Part shown: piece by piece, positions 1 through 10,024 of the stretch | Layout: every line of letters begins with the position of its first letter | Numbering within the stretch: the stretch's first letter is position 1 | NCBI GenBank assembly: GCA_016779445.1 | Contig: JADHNP010000003.1 | Coordinates: 24 to 64,023, forward strand | Source of the DNA: Luminiphilus sp. | Lineage (GTDB): Bacteria > Pseudomonadota > Gammaproteobacteria > Pseudomonadales > Halieaceae | Length of the DNA: 64,000 nt | Direction: 5' to 3' | Program-made: the position numbers and the translations under genes | Notes under the pieces: generated by a model | The model's input: only the letters and a program-made list of their open reading frames with translations | The model's database searches: none | What the model was told of the DNA's origin: nothing

Positions 1-678
1 GCCTTCGAGTGGTTTTAAGAGTGCCAGCGACTTTTCTCCGAACAGATGAGAACTCTGATTGTACGCTAGCCGATAGTACTCCCAGCTTCTGGCGAGGTGC
101 TCGGGGTGGGTTTCCTGCTCACCCACTCGCAAATCCCATGCCTGTTCAGCCCACGCTGCTTGATCTAACAATGCGGCAATCGACGCGGGGGTGCCCTCAA
201 GCGCTTCTGATTCCACTCTGGCAAGGTAACGCTGTCGTTCATCGACTTCATCAAAGCGCCCCATAGCGGTGAGGCTGCGAATTTCGGCGCGCAACAGAGG
301 GATCTGGTCTGCGGAATACAGTCCCGATTGCACGCGACTCACATGCACTCCGCGCTTCAGCACGGCCTCGGCCTCTTCGTGCCGGTTGAGCGCCTGCAGG
401 TTAAGGCCTAATCCCAGTAGCTGCTCGGTAAGCCCTGGTGCGAATGCCCCGGCGCTGGCCTCCATGGATTGAATGTAAGTTCGGTAGACCCCCAGTGCGC
501 TGGGTTCTGGAGCAGGTGGCGGAGGGCGTTGAGTCTCCAACGGCGCCGCCATATCGATTACGATGGGCGCGGCCTCGGCGTCGTCAACCTCGGGATTCGC
601 TTCTTGTGAGGCAAAAGCCGTTGGAATGACCCCATAGGCAGTGAGGGCCAGTAATAGCAATCCTTGCTGTATCGACAT
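1..678 (-). CDS. Exported helical-repeat (TPR-like) protein, 5' part; runs off the left edge
   Basis: Not in the ORF track; translated by hand from ATG at 678: MSIQQGLLLLALTAYGVIPTAFA (signal peptide-like), a Pro-rich linker, then EQLLGLGLNLQALNRHEEAEAVLKRGVHVSRVQSGLYS (TPR-like). Open to position 1. Confidence 0.7.
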   Translation of the reverse strand, partial: MSIQQGLLLLALTAYGVIPTAFASQEANPEVDDAEAAPIVIDMAAPLETQRPPPPAPEPSALGVYRTYIQSMEASAGAFAPGLTEQLLGLGLNLQALNRHEEAEAVLKRGVHVSRVQSGLYSADQIPLLRAEIRSLTAMGRFDEVDERQRYLARVESEALEGTPASIAALLDQAAWAEQAWDLRVGEQETHPEHLARSWEYYRLAYNQSSHLFGEKSLALLKPLEG

Positions 679-833
679 TCGACGCGTGGGGGCCAAGATC
701 CCTCTCCGGCGCGTAATATGGCCACTCAGTATAGAGCGATGTGGCAGAAAAAAGCAGGTCAGCGAGTGCGGTTAACGCCAGCCTTGCTGAACGGATGTCG
801 AACAAACAGCGCTACAGCCATTAAGGGAGCAAC

Positions 834-1628
834 ATGGGTCAGTTTTATTCGCAAACCGCGGTGTCGCCGCAGGGTAATTCGCAGTGGCAGGCGGAGGTGC
901 ATCGCGGCTGGCGTATCGGGTCAGTGGCCAACGGTGGCTACGTGCTAGCGCTGGTTGGTCGGGCCTTGTCTGAGGCCCTGAATCAGCCCGACCCGCTGAG
1001 CATCAATGCGTTTTATCTGGCGCCGGTGGCACTAGGAGGGGTTGAGGTGGCCGTGGAGTCGCTCTCCGAGACCCGCAGCACCCACTTTGCCAGTGCTGAT
1101 CTCAAGCAGGATGGTCAGTTAAAGCTGCGCGCCACCGCGGCCTACACTGATCTCGATAGACTCAGCGGCCCGGATTGGACCAGCGTGGCACCGCCTAAAG
1201 TACCTGCATTCGATGACGTCGTCGCACCCGCCATGTCACACCTTGAGATTCATCAGAGCATCGATCTGCGCATGGTGCAGGGCGCGGAGGTGTTTTCGGA
1301 TGGGCACACAAATGGGTCAGGGGAGTTTGTTGCCTGGCTGGCACATAAGGATGGCGCTGCGCCGGGGCCGATTGATCTGTTGATGTTTGCCGACATCATG
1401 CCGCCGCCCATCTTCACGATTTACGGTGCTTACGGGTGGGTGCCCACGGTGGAGCTCACCGTACAGGTGCGCCGCAAGCCCGCGGCGGGCCCGCTCTTGG
1501 CGCGGCACATTACGCGCCAAGTGACCCGTGGTGTCGCCGAGACCGACACCGAGATCTGGGATAGCAAGGGCGATCTGGTTGCCATGGCCCGGCAAACCTA
1601 CAAGGTGCGGATGCCGAAGGCCGACTGA
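834..1628 (+). CDS. Acyl-CoA thioesterase-like double hot-dog protein
   Basis: GWRIGSVANGGY, ADIMPPP and WVPTVELTVQVR motifs; GGAG RBS upstream. Confidence 0.85.
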   Translation: MGQFYSQTAVSPQGNSQWQAEVHRGWRIGSVANGGYVLALVGRALSEALNQPDPLSINAFYLAPVALGGVEVAVESLSETRSTHFASADLKQDGQLKLRATAAYTDLDRLSGPDWTSVAPPKVPAFDDVVAPAMSHLEIHQSIDLRMVQGAEVFSDGHTNGSGEFVAWLAHKDGAAPGPIDLLMFADIMPPPIFTIYGAYGWVPTVELTVQVRRKPAAGPLLARHITRQVTRGVAETDTEIWDSKGDLVAMARQTYKVRMPKAD

Positions 1629-1637
1629 TACGGTCAG

Positions 1638-1922
1638 TCAGGGCAGCAATGCCAGTTCAATGACCTGATCAATCAGGTTGATCCAATCGGTCTCGTCTTT
1701 TTTGCGGTGGGGCTCCACGTCGAGTAGCACCCGCCCAATGGTGTAGGACTGAACGAAGAGGGCGGCCGTGCGGGGGGGGAAGTCAGAGCGGACGTAACCT
1801 TTGTCCTGCGCCGCGCGAAACTCGTCGGCGAGTCGCTCAGTCATGTCGGCCTGAACTGCCGCCACGCGCTCCAGTAAAGCCGGCCGGCTCCCCGCCATGG
1901 CCAGTAGCTTGATCCTGAGCAT
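1638..1922 (-). pseudogene. TetR-family C-terminal (ligand-binding) domain only; no HTH
   Basis: FRAAQDKGYVRSDFPPRTAALFV resembles the TetR C-terminal 'xQxxGxxRxDxxxxxxA' segment; only 94 aa; starts 3 nt after the ggt stop. Confidence 0.55.
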
Positions 1923-1925
1923 CCT

Positions 1926-3689
1926 TCACTCGGTCGCGACGTGACCCCCCGGGCGGCGCATATCGGCAAAGCCCTGCATCCATCCCTCGTCGATCATCAG
2001 CGAGTTGGAGCGCCCGATGGTGCGGCGGGTGGGGCTGAGTTGATGGCCCCATTCCTCCAACAGTCGCTGGGTGTCGGCGCTAATACCGGGCTCAACCAAT
2101 GTGCGATCAGGCATCCATTGGTTGTGCACGCGCGGTGCCGCCACCGCGGTGGCGATGTTCATGTCAAATACCATGGCATTCAGCAGCGTTTGCAGCACGG
2201 TGGTGATAATCAGCGACCCACCCGGGCTACCTGCTGCCAGCCAGGGCTGCCCGTCCTTAAAGACAATGGTGGGAGTCATAGAAGACAGTGGCCGCCTGCC
2301 GGGGGCAATGGTGTTGGCCTCGCCCTGCACCAGTCCGTAAGCGTTGGCGTCGCCCGCCTTGGCGGCGAAGTCGTCCATCTCATTATTAAGCAAGATGCCT
2401 GTACCCGGCACTACGATGTGTGAACCAAAGCTAAAATTCAGCGTGTACGTGTTGGCCACCACATTGCCCTCGGCATCGGCTACCGAATAATGGGTGGTGT
2501 CGGGGCTCTCTGTCGGTACCGGGTTACCGGGGCCAATCTCTTCGGCGGTTTTGGCGCGCTCGGCGTCAATCAGTTTGCGGCGTTCAGCGCCATATTCTTT
2601 GCTGATCAGTGCCTTGGTCGGGATCACGGTTTGATCCGGGTCACCCATGTAGCGACTCCGATCGGCATAGGCGAGCTTCATGCTCTCAATTACCCGATGC
2701 AGGTAGGCGGCACTGTTGTGGCCGTAGGACTCCAGTGGGTAGGGCTCTAAAATGTTGAGCATTTGCAGAACGTGTACGCCGCCTGAGGAGGGCGGTGCCA
2801 CCGACACAATCTCGAAGTCGCGGAAGGTGCCCCGCACGGGCGGGCGCTCCAGTGCGCGATAGTCGGCGAGGTCTTCGGTGGTAATGAGGCCACCGTTGGC
2901 GGCCATATCGCCGGCAATCAGTTCGGCGGTTTCGCCCTTATAGAAACCGTCGGCACCTTTATCGCGAATGCGCTTGAGCGTGCTTGCCAGATCGGATTGT
3001 GTGAGCAGCGTGCCCGGCGCTGGGGCAGTCTCGCCGCCCTGTAAGTAGATTCGCTTGGCTTCGGCATTCTCAGCAAGCCGCTCGGCACGAGCGTTTAGGC
3101 TCATGTGCAGTGCGAGCGGGGTCGCAAAGCCTTTTTCTGCCAGATCGATGGCCGGCTGAATCACCTGCTTAAGCGTGAGCTTGCCGAAGCGTTCCTGGGC
3201 ATGGATCAAACCGGCCACCGTGCCGGGCACACCGGCAGCTTGATGGGAGAAGTAGGCCTTGCTCTGATCTACCGAGCCGTCCTCTTTTAAAAACATGTCT
3301 CTTGTGGCCGCCGCCGGTGCTGTCTCGCGATAGTCGACGAAGACCTGTTCATTTGTCTCGGCGAGATGAATCAACATGAAGCCACCGCCGCCAATATTGC
3401 CAGCGCGAGGCAGTGTTACCGCGAGGGCAAAACCGGTGGCGACTGCGGCGTCGACCGCGTTGCCTCCTTCTTTGAGGATTGCCAGGCCGATCTCACCGGC
3501 AAGTGCCTCGGGGCTGACCACCATGCCTGCCTTGCCATAGGCGGGCAGGTAGCGGTTTTGGTAGTCAATGATGGGCGCGTCTGCGGCCGGCATCGCGGGC
3601 AGGGTGCTCTGGGCCGCGATCGGGGCCGCGGTTACCGCCATTAACAGGGGTGTCAGTGCAAAAGTGGTGAAAAAGGCTTTGATCGACAT
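1926..3689 (-). CDS. ggt: Gamma-glutamyltransferase
   Basis: Signal peptide; GGNAVDAAVA, GNIGGGGF, catalytic Thr in ESPDTTHYS, LLNNEMDDF, RPLSSMTP, GSPGG. Confidence 0.97.
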   Translation of the reverse strand: MSIKAFFTTFALTPLLMAVTAAPIAAQSTLPAMPAADAPIIDYQNRYLPAYGKAGMVVSPEALAGEIGLAILKEGGNAVDAAVATGFALAVTLPRAGNIGGGGFMLIHLAETNEQVFVDYRETAPAAATRDMFLKEDGSVDQSKAYFSHQAAGVPGTVAGLIHAQERFGKLTLKQVIQPAIDLAEKGFATPLALHMSLNARAERLAENAEAKRIYLQGGETAPAPGTLLTQSDLASTLKRIRDKGADGFYKGETAELIAGDMAANGGLITTEDLADYRALERPPVRGTFRDFEIVSVAPPSSGGVHVLQMLNILEPYPLESYGHNSAAYLHRVIESMKLAYADRSRYMGDPDQTVIPTKALISKEYGAERRKLIDAERAKTAEEIGPGNPVPTESPDTTHYSVADAEGNVVANTYTLNFSFGSHIVVPGTGILLNNEMDDFAAKAGDANAYGLVQGEANTIAPGRRPLSSMTPTIVFKDGQPWLAAGSPGGSLIITTVLQTLLNAMVFDMNIATAVAAPRVHNQWMPDRTLVEPGISADTQRLLEEWGHQLSPTRRTIGRSNSLMIDEGWMQGFADMRRPGGHVATE

Positions 3690-3825
3690 GGGGTGTTCCG
3701 ATTACGAGGCACTAGGTCTATACGCACGATGCGCCAAAAAGGTGCGTTAGGCTACCACAGGAGTCAGCCCCCCCGGCAAGCACCTGCGCTACACTTTAGG
3801 AAGTTTCACCTATTTTTGAGATGCC

Positions 3826-4464
3826 ATGCGCTTTAGCGAACACAGACGCTCATACACCCTTGGTGGCCTTCGCCGCAAAGACCTTGCGGCAGACCCAGTG
3901 GCACAGTTCATTGGCTGGCAGGAGCAAGCGATCACCGCTGGGTTGGCCGACCCAACCGCCTGCGCTTTGGCAACGCGACAGCCTGATGACACGCTGCGCC
4001 AGCGTATGGTGCTGATGAAGGGTGTTGATGAGCGGGGTCTGGTGTTCTACACCAACTATGAAAGTGGCAAGGCCGCCGCTTTGCAGGTCTTTTCGCAGGC
4101 TTCGATGCTGTTTCCCTGGAATGAGCTGGACCGGCAGGTCACCGTAACCGGTTCGGTATCGCCAATCAGTGATGAAGAATCAGACGCCTATTTTGCTTCC
4201 CGACCTCGCGACAGCCAGCTGGGCGCGTGGGCGTCCGCCCAGAGCCGGATGATCGATGGTCGGGCAACTTTGCTCGAACAACTTACCGAGGTGACCGCGC
4301 GCTTTGGCGAGGGCAAGATCCCACGACCACCCCATTGGGGAGGTTACCGTTTGGTGCCTGCGGCGTGGGAGTTCTGGCAAGGAGGTGAAAGCCGCCTGCA
4401 TGATCGGTATCGCTACACCCGCACCGACGATAACAGCTGGCTAATCACGCGTTTACAGCCTTAG
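3826..4464 (+). CDS. pdxH: Pyridoxine/pyridoxamine 5'-phosphate oxidase
   Basis: RMVLMK, FYTNYESGK, YFASRPRDSQLGAWAS, PPHWGGY, EFWQGGESRLHDR. Confidence 0.97.
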   Translation: MRFSEHRRSYTLGGLRRKDLAADPVAQFIGWQEQAITAGLADPTACALATRQPDDTLRQRMVLMKGVDERGLVFYTNYESGKAAALQVFSQASMLFPWNELDRQVTVTGSVSPISDEESDAYFASRPRDSQLGAWASAQSRMIDGRATLLEQLTEVTARFGEGKIPRPPHWGGYRLVPAAWEFWQGGESRLHDRYRYTRTDDNSWLITRLQP

Positions 4465-4605
4465 TGATGCTGTGGTGCTGACGCAGCGGTATGCTTTGTT
4501 CGCGATGATTCTGACTGGAGATGGCGCATGCGTTGCCATTGCACAGAGACTGCCACGAAGTTGTGGTAGATCGAGGTCGCGCCTGCGCAGCGCGCCCGCT
4601 GCGCT

Positions 4606-5877
4606 TTAAATCGCCCGTCGGTTGAAGTAATCGGGCAGTTTGGGTAGCCCCAACAATTGTCGCCGAATCAAATCCAGCCCGGCCGCTGCCACCAGTTTTT
4701 GGAACATGGCCCGATCGGTCGGCAGCACGGTTTTAAACGCGTGCATATCGGTCTCGGTGCCCCAAGCAAGCCAGACTGTGCCAAGCGGTTTCTCCGCCGT
4801 GCCGCCATCGGGTCCGGCCACGCCCGATACCGCAACGCCAATGTCTGCGCCGGAACGCGCCAGTGCGCCAGACAGCATTTGCCTGACTACCGGCTCGCTT
4901 ACTGCGCCCTCGGTCGCTAATATGGCTTCATCGACTCCAAGTATCGAGTGCTTGATGTGGTTCGCATAGGCCACAAACCCGACCTCAAAAACCGCTGAGG
5001 CCCCGGGTTCCGCCGTCATCATGGCGGCGATGAGACCACCGGTGCAGGATTCTGCCGCTACCATCTTTTTCCCCTGTGAGCGGAGCACCTGTTGCAGGGC
5101 GCCGGCCAGGGTGATGTCGCCCTCACCGAGAATATGATCGCCGAGGAGTCGCTCCAGAGTCTCGCGGCACTGCATTACATCGGGTGAATCGCTGCTGGTC
5201 GCGGTCAGCTTGATTTCCAGCTGTGGTATGCCGGCGCGAAACCCAAGTACGACATGCTCGGGCCAGGTCAGGCTATCCTCGTCGATAAGTGCCTGCGCTG
5301 TCGATTCGCCGATACCAAACGTCTGGAAACGCACACGATGAATCGCATCACCCCCTGTTACTGCTTTTACCCGATCGCAAACCTCGGGCAGCATCGCCTT
5401 GAGTTCTCCGGGGACGCCCGGTGTCGTCAGGATGAGTGTGCTAGCAACTACTAAGGCAAAACCCACCGCACTGCCCTGGGGGTTATGAATTATTTCGGCG
5501 CCTTCGGGCAGCCAGGCCTGTTTGAGATTAGCTTCGTTGGGCTCAATGCTGCGCGCCGCGCACCAAGCGCGCACATGGCGCTCAGCGTCGGCGTTAAGCA
5601 CCAGGGCTACCCCAGCGGCTTCCGCCACCAGCTCGGCGGTCAGGTCATCCTGTGTTGGGCCTAGGCCGCCATTCATGATGAGCACACCCGCTGTCTGAGA
5701 GGCCTGCTCGAGGGCCGCCACCAATCGCGGTCGGTCATCACCCAGCGTAAGCTTATGCGCTACTGTTTGTCCCATTGCAGATAGGGCCTGCGCGATCATG
5801 GCTGAGTTACTGTCAACGGTGTCGCCACTCATCAGTTCGTCACCGGTGAGGAGCAGGTGGATATCGCATTGGGCCAT
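4606..5877 (-). CDS. cinA: CinA-family protein (MoCF-binding domain + PncC NMN deamidase)
   Basis: GDELMSGDTVDSN, GGLGPTQDDLT, AESCTGG, GAVSE, SGVAGPDGG. Confidence 0.93.
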   Translation of the reverse strand: MAQCDIHLLLTGDELMSGDTVDSNSAMIAQALSAMGQTVAHKLTLGDDRPRLVAALEQASQTAGVLIMNGGLGPTQDDLTAELVAEAAGVALVLNADAERHVRAWCAARSIEPNEANLKQAWLPEGAEIIHNPQGSAVGFALVVASTLILTTPGVPGELKAMLPEVCDRVKAVTGGDAIHRVRFQTFGIGESTAQALIDEDSLTWPEHVVLGFRAGIPQLEIKLTATSSDSPDVMQCRETLERLLGDHILGEGDITLAGALQQVLRSQGKKMVAAESCTGGLIAAMMTAEPGASAVFEVGFVAYANHIKHSILGVDEAILATEGAVSEPVVRQMLSGALARSGADIGVAVSGVAGPDGGTAEKPLGTVWLAWGTETDMHAFKTVLPTDRAMFQKLVAAAGLDLIRRQLLGLPKLPDYFNRRAI

Positions 5878-5931
5878 GGGGTTTTCCGGGCGGTGAATAG
5901 GCGCAGGATAACCCGTCAGAAAGCAGTGTGC

Positions 5932-8166
5932 TTATTGGGGTGTTGCGGGTGATACAGCGCTGTCGGGTTCAATCGGGGCGGGTGCCTCAGCAGCATCTTC
6001 GACTTTCGCTTCTGATTTCGCCTTGGCTTCTGCTGTTGATTCAGGCTGAGATTCTGATGCGGCTGCTACTTCCGGCGATGAATCCGTGTGTGGTGTCGCC
6101 GCGGATTCTGGCGCTGCTTGGTGTCCAGAGGTGGTGGTCGCCCGGGCGATGGTCTTTGCAAAGGCTTCGGCCGGTGTTTCTTTCTGTGGTTTCAGCCCAC
6201 AGCCCTCGGTCAACTTAAACAACGCTAGGAAGTCACTCTCTGCTGGAGCATCAGTGAAGTCGACCTCTACAGACTGCTTCAACTGGAAGCGCCGCGTGGC
6301 GCTGGTCAGGCTCATGGTCCATTTGTCGAAGCTGAACTTTTCTTTTTCGGGCCGCAGATCGACCAAGCCCTCGAGACCGTTTTCCTCGAGTTTCACGGTA
6401 AAGCCCGAGCTGGTGATGCGGCTCACGTGGCCACTGAAGCGCTGCTGGCCATCTTTTTTAAGTTTAAGTAGGTAGCGCGCGGTCAGACGCCGATCTGCCG
6501 CATTCACCGCTTCGCGTCCGCGGCCGATGGCTCGCGTAATGTCGGCCAGCCGGTTCACCGGATAGTTGGCAGAGGTATTGCCCGCCAAACACGCGGAGAT
6601 TTGCAGATGCACAAAAAAATCGAGGGCCTTCCTCAAAGGTGAGGTGAAGTTGGTATACGCCTCGGTGGCAAGACCCATGTGTGGCCCGGATTTATCGGTC
6701 AGGTTGGCGCGTGAAAGTAGTCGATTAACCATTTCCCGAAGCGGTTGACCATCATCCCCCTGACTCAGATCGGCCAGTATGGACCGATATCCCGCTACGG
6801 TATCCAGAGGCGTCTCTTTCAGAGAGGGTCGATATTTCTCGAGGAAAGTTCTGGCTTCTTCGAGTCGATCGCCACGAAAACCCCGGTGCACGACAAAGGG
6901 GCCTGGCGCGTTGGCGGCTTTCAAAAACTGTGCCGCGCATTTATTCGCCGCAATCATGCACTCCTCAACCAGATGCTGTGAGGCGAGTTTTTCGAAACTG
7001 TCGACATCGGCGATCTGCTTGTCTTCGCCCAGTATCCATCGATACTCGCGGCGCTCCTCCATTACCAGTTCCTGTGCTTCTCTGCGCGCGCGCAGGGTTC
7101 GGTAAACCTGAACCAGCGCCTCAAGTGGGTTGGTATGAGCGATCAGTTCGTCGCTGTTGCCGGTTACGTAGCGGTCCACTGCCGCGTAGGCGAGCTTGGC
7201 GCGGGAGCGAATCACGGCTTTTTGAAAGGTGAAGTCCGAGATCTCTCCCGATTCTGTTACCTGCATCTGGCACACCAGTGCAGGTCGCGGCACATCCTCA
7301 GCTAGCGCACACAGTCCCTGACTGATGGCCTCGGGCAACATAGGGATCATGTCGCCATGAAAATAGACCGAGGAGCCGCGTTGCGCCAGTTGTTCTGCAA
7401 GGGTTTCAACCCCTGCCAGATAGGTTGTGGGGTCGGCCACGGCTACCGTCAATTGCCATCCCGCTTGTGTGACTTCGGCGTGCAGGGCGTCATCAATATC
7501 TGCGGTACGTGCGGCGTCTATGGAGACAAACGAAAGGTGGGTGAGATCCAGTCGCGAGGAATCCGCGAGGGGGTCAACCTTTTGTGCCGCGCTGACCAGG
7601 GCGTGCGCTGTTTTGTCTGACCATGGTTGTGGTAATCCGGCCCGTGCCGCGCAGTAGCGATTCTCAACCCCGGGGGTCATTTCGTCCCCAAGCCGTTCCA
7701 GCACTTTTGCCGATGGCTTGCCGTCTTTAATGGGGTGTCGGAGTAACGCACAAGCAACCAGATCGCCCGATGTAACGCCGCTACGTGCGTGATGAGGGAT
7801 AAAAAGCCATCGGGAGAGGCCTGGGATGTCGGGCACAACAAAGGTCGCTTTGCCTTTTTGGACGATACGTCCAACGAAATTGTCGAGACCAGTTTCGATC
7901 AGTCGCTCGATATCGGCGACGGTTCGACCCGGTTTGTCTTTCTTTCCTTTCGCTGGGGTGGCGGGTCTGATGCAGATCGCAGCTTTGTCGCCGGGCAATA
8001 CTTTGAGCATTTCGTCAGGGGGGATGAAAATTTCGCGGCCGTCTGCTGTTACCGCAAATCCATAGCGGTGTTGAGTCCCTTTGATGGTCGCTTCGGTGCG
8101 CTCATTCTGTGCTTCGAGTTCCTCTCGAAGTCCTTTGAGCTGCGCCATCGCGTTGCGATCGAGCAT
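5932..8166 (-). CDS. rnb: RNase II/RNB-family 3'-5' exoribonuclease with an acidic low-complexity C-tail
   Basis: Cold-shock domain (YGF...IFIPP), SIDAARTADIDDA catalytic motif, VEECMIAAN, FTSPLRK, S1 domain. Confidence 0.85.
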   Translation of the reverse strand: MLDRNAMAQLKGLREELEAQNERTEATIKGTQHRYGFAVTADGREIFIPPDEMLKVLPGDKAAICIRPATPAKGKKDKPGRTVADIERLIETGLDNFVGRIVQKGKATFVVPDIPGLSRWLFIPHHARSGVTSGDLVACALLRHPIKDGKPSAKVLERLGDEMTPGVENRYCAARAGLPQPWSDKTAHALVSAAQKVDPLADSSRLDLTHLSFVSIDAARTADIDDALHAEVTQAGWQLTVAVADPTTYLAGVETLAEQLAQRGSSVYFHGDMIPMLPEAISQGLCALAEDVPRPALVCQMQVTESGEISDFTFQKAVIRSRAKLAYAAVDRYVTGNSDELIAHTNPLEALVQVYRTLRARREAQELVMEERREYRWILGEDKQIADVDSFEKLASQHLVEECMIAANKCAAQFLKAANAPGPFVVHRGFRGDRLEEARTFLEKYRPSLKETPLDTVAGYRSILADLSQGDDGQPLREMVNRLLSRANLTDKSGPHMGLATEAYTNFTSPLRKALDFFVHLQISACLAGNTSANYPVNRLADITRAIGRGREAVNAADRRLTARYLLKLKKDGQQRFSGHVSRITSSGFTVKLEENGLEGLVDLRPEKEKFSFDKWTMSLTSATRRFQLKQSVEVDFTDAPAESDFLALFKLTEGCGLKPQKETPAEAFAKTIARATTTSGHQAAPESAATPHTDSSPEVAAASESQPESTAEAKAKSEAKVEDAAEAPAPIEPDSAVSPATPQ

Positions 8167-8273
8167 GGCCGGTCTCGGCTCCTGACTGGTTTAGAGAGTC
8201 GCAGTGTTTCCGTCCTTTTTGGGACGCATCAACAATACGATTCAGAGTAGGGTGGGATGCTATCGAACTTCAA

Positions 8274-8290
8274 CCTTCCTGTCAGGAAGG
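8274..8290. promoter_or_regulatory. Perfect 8-1-8 inverted repeat CCTTCCTG-T-CAGGAAGG, operator-like
   Basis: Seen directly in the divergent rnb / PIN-PhoH intergenic region. Confidence 0.4.
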
Positions 8291-8318
8291 CTTTCGACAT
8301 GTTTCGCGGGCAGAATCA

Positions 8319-8347
8319 TTGACAGCACGGCTTAGCCTCGGTTTACT
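8319..8347 (+). promoter_or_regulatory. Candidate sigma70 promoter for the PIN-PhoH gene
   Basis: TTGACA-N17-TTTACT. Confidence 0.4.
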
Positions 8348-8556
8348 GAGGGTGTTCGAAATGTGGAGAGTAGAACACTGTCTGTCGTTACCAGAGATGG
8401 CCGTTTAAAGCGGCTCACGCAGACCACCACCGTCGCCCTCGCTGCGCATCGGCTATCTCACCCCGCCATTTTGTCTAAACTGACCAGTCCATCGCACGCC
8501 AAGACGGCGGCGATTCGATTGAACCCCTGTTTTACCTCGTCCCCGAAGGAGGATTC

Positions 8557-9996
8557 ATGCCCTTGATTGCAGCCGAGACTCACGAAGTCACTCAGCTCGA
8601 ACCTGCACATCGAAAAACCTATGTATTGGATACCAATGTCCTGCTGCATGACCCCACCGCCCTAACCGCCTTCGCAGAGCACCATGTTGTTATCCCTATG
8701 ACTGTGCTCGAGGAGCTCGACCACATCAAGGACCGGCGCGACAAAAGTGTCAGTCGTGAAGCGCGGATTGCCATTCAGTTGATCGATAAAGTAGTGGACA
8801 ACGCCTCGCCCCAGGAGATCCAGAAGGGCGTCGATATTCCCGGCTCTAACCTCGATGAAAATCGTTTGGGCACGCTGGCTATTTTCCCTGATCAACTGAT
8901 TGCAGAGGATGCGACTGTCCCGTTTCTAAACATCAATGAAGATCAGGCCAATGACAATCGTATTATCAATGTCGCGCTGAGGCTCAGCGCAGATTCTCCC
9001 GGTGCGTTTGTTTGTTTGGTTACCAAAGACATCAACATGAGAATCAAGGCGAAGGGATCCGGCCTCGAGCATGTGGAGGATTATCGTCACGACCGGGTGC
9101 TGGATGATATCGATTTGCTGTCCACTGGCTACGAGTGCTTTTCGGGAGATTTCTGGTCGGCGATCGAGCGGGTGGATACTGTCCGGGAAGAGAGTCTTAC
9201 CTTGCACCGCATTCCTCGTGCAGAGTTGCCAGGCGCTTATCCCAACCAGTTTCTATATGACGAGCAAAATTTTATTGCCTATGTTGATCACGTTGACGAC
9301 GACCATGTCTATCTGGCGGTCGACAGCCGAGATCATCTGATGAACCAGCGATTCTGGGGGCTGGCGCCTCGCAATCTTGAGCAGGCGATGGCGATGCGCT
9401 TGCTCGATTGTGAAGACGTAGACATGACCGTGCTCACAGGCCCCGCGGGATCGGGCAAGACGCTACTCGCGCTGGCGTATGGTCTGCACGCGATTCTAGA
9501 GCAAAAGAAATACAACAAATTGATTGTTGCGCGCTCAACGCCGCCGATTGCAGAGGAAATCGGGTTTTTGCCGGGAACCGAGGAAGAGAAGATGGCGCCC
9601 TGGTTGGCGGCTTTTGACGATAACCTCGAGATTCTTCACGGCGCTGACGAGTGCGCTAATGGCAGTATCGAGTACGTAAAAGAGCGCGCTAATATTCAGT
9701 TTAAGTCACTCAACTTTATGCGCGGCCGCTCATTCAACAGAGCGTATATTGTGATTGATGAAGCTCAGGGGCTGACCCAGTTTCAGTTGAAATCGATCAT
9801 CAGTCGAGTGGGGGCAGATTCTAAGCTGGTGGTGCTGGGCAACCTCGCTCAGATCGATAACAAATACATATCACCACTCACTTCTGGGCTGACCTACCTC
9901 GTTGAGAAAGTGAAACACTACCCTCACGCAGGTGTTATGCATGTCAATGGCATTGTGCGATCAAGGCTTGCAGCCTTCGCAGAGGAACACCTCTAG
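8557..9996 (+). CDS. PIN domain + PhoH ATPase protein (PhoH2/YlaK-like)
   Basis: YVLDTNVLLHDP (PIN), GPAGSGKT (Walker A), GFLPG, FMRGRS, IDEAQ; AGGAGG RBS. Confidence 0.93.
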   Translation: MPLIAAETHEVTQLEPAHRKTYVLDTNVLLHDPTALTAFAEHHVVIPMTVLEELDHIKDRRDKSVSREARIAIQLIDKVVDNASPQEIQKGVDIPGSNLDENRLGTLAIFPDQLIAEDATVPFLNINEDQANDNRIINVALRLSADSPGAFVCLVTKDINMRIKAKGSGLEHVEDYRHDRVLDDIDLLSTGYECFSGDFWSAIERVDTVREESLTLHRIPRAELPGAYPNQFLYDEQNFIAYVDHVDDDHVYLAVDSRDHLMNQRFWGLAPRNLEQAMAMRLLDCEDVDMTVLTGPAGSGKTLLALAYGLHAILEQKKYNKLIVARSTPPIAEEIGFLPGTEEEKMAPWLAAFDDNLEILHGADECANGSIEYVKERANIQFKSLNFMRGRSFNRAYIVIDEAQGLTQFQLKSIISRVGADSKLVVLGNLAQIDNKYISPLTSGLTYLVEKVKHYPHAGVMHVNGIVRSRLAAFAEEHL

Positions 9997-10024
9997 ACGA
10001 CTCGGAGCAAGGTGGACGGTGTGA

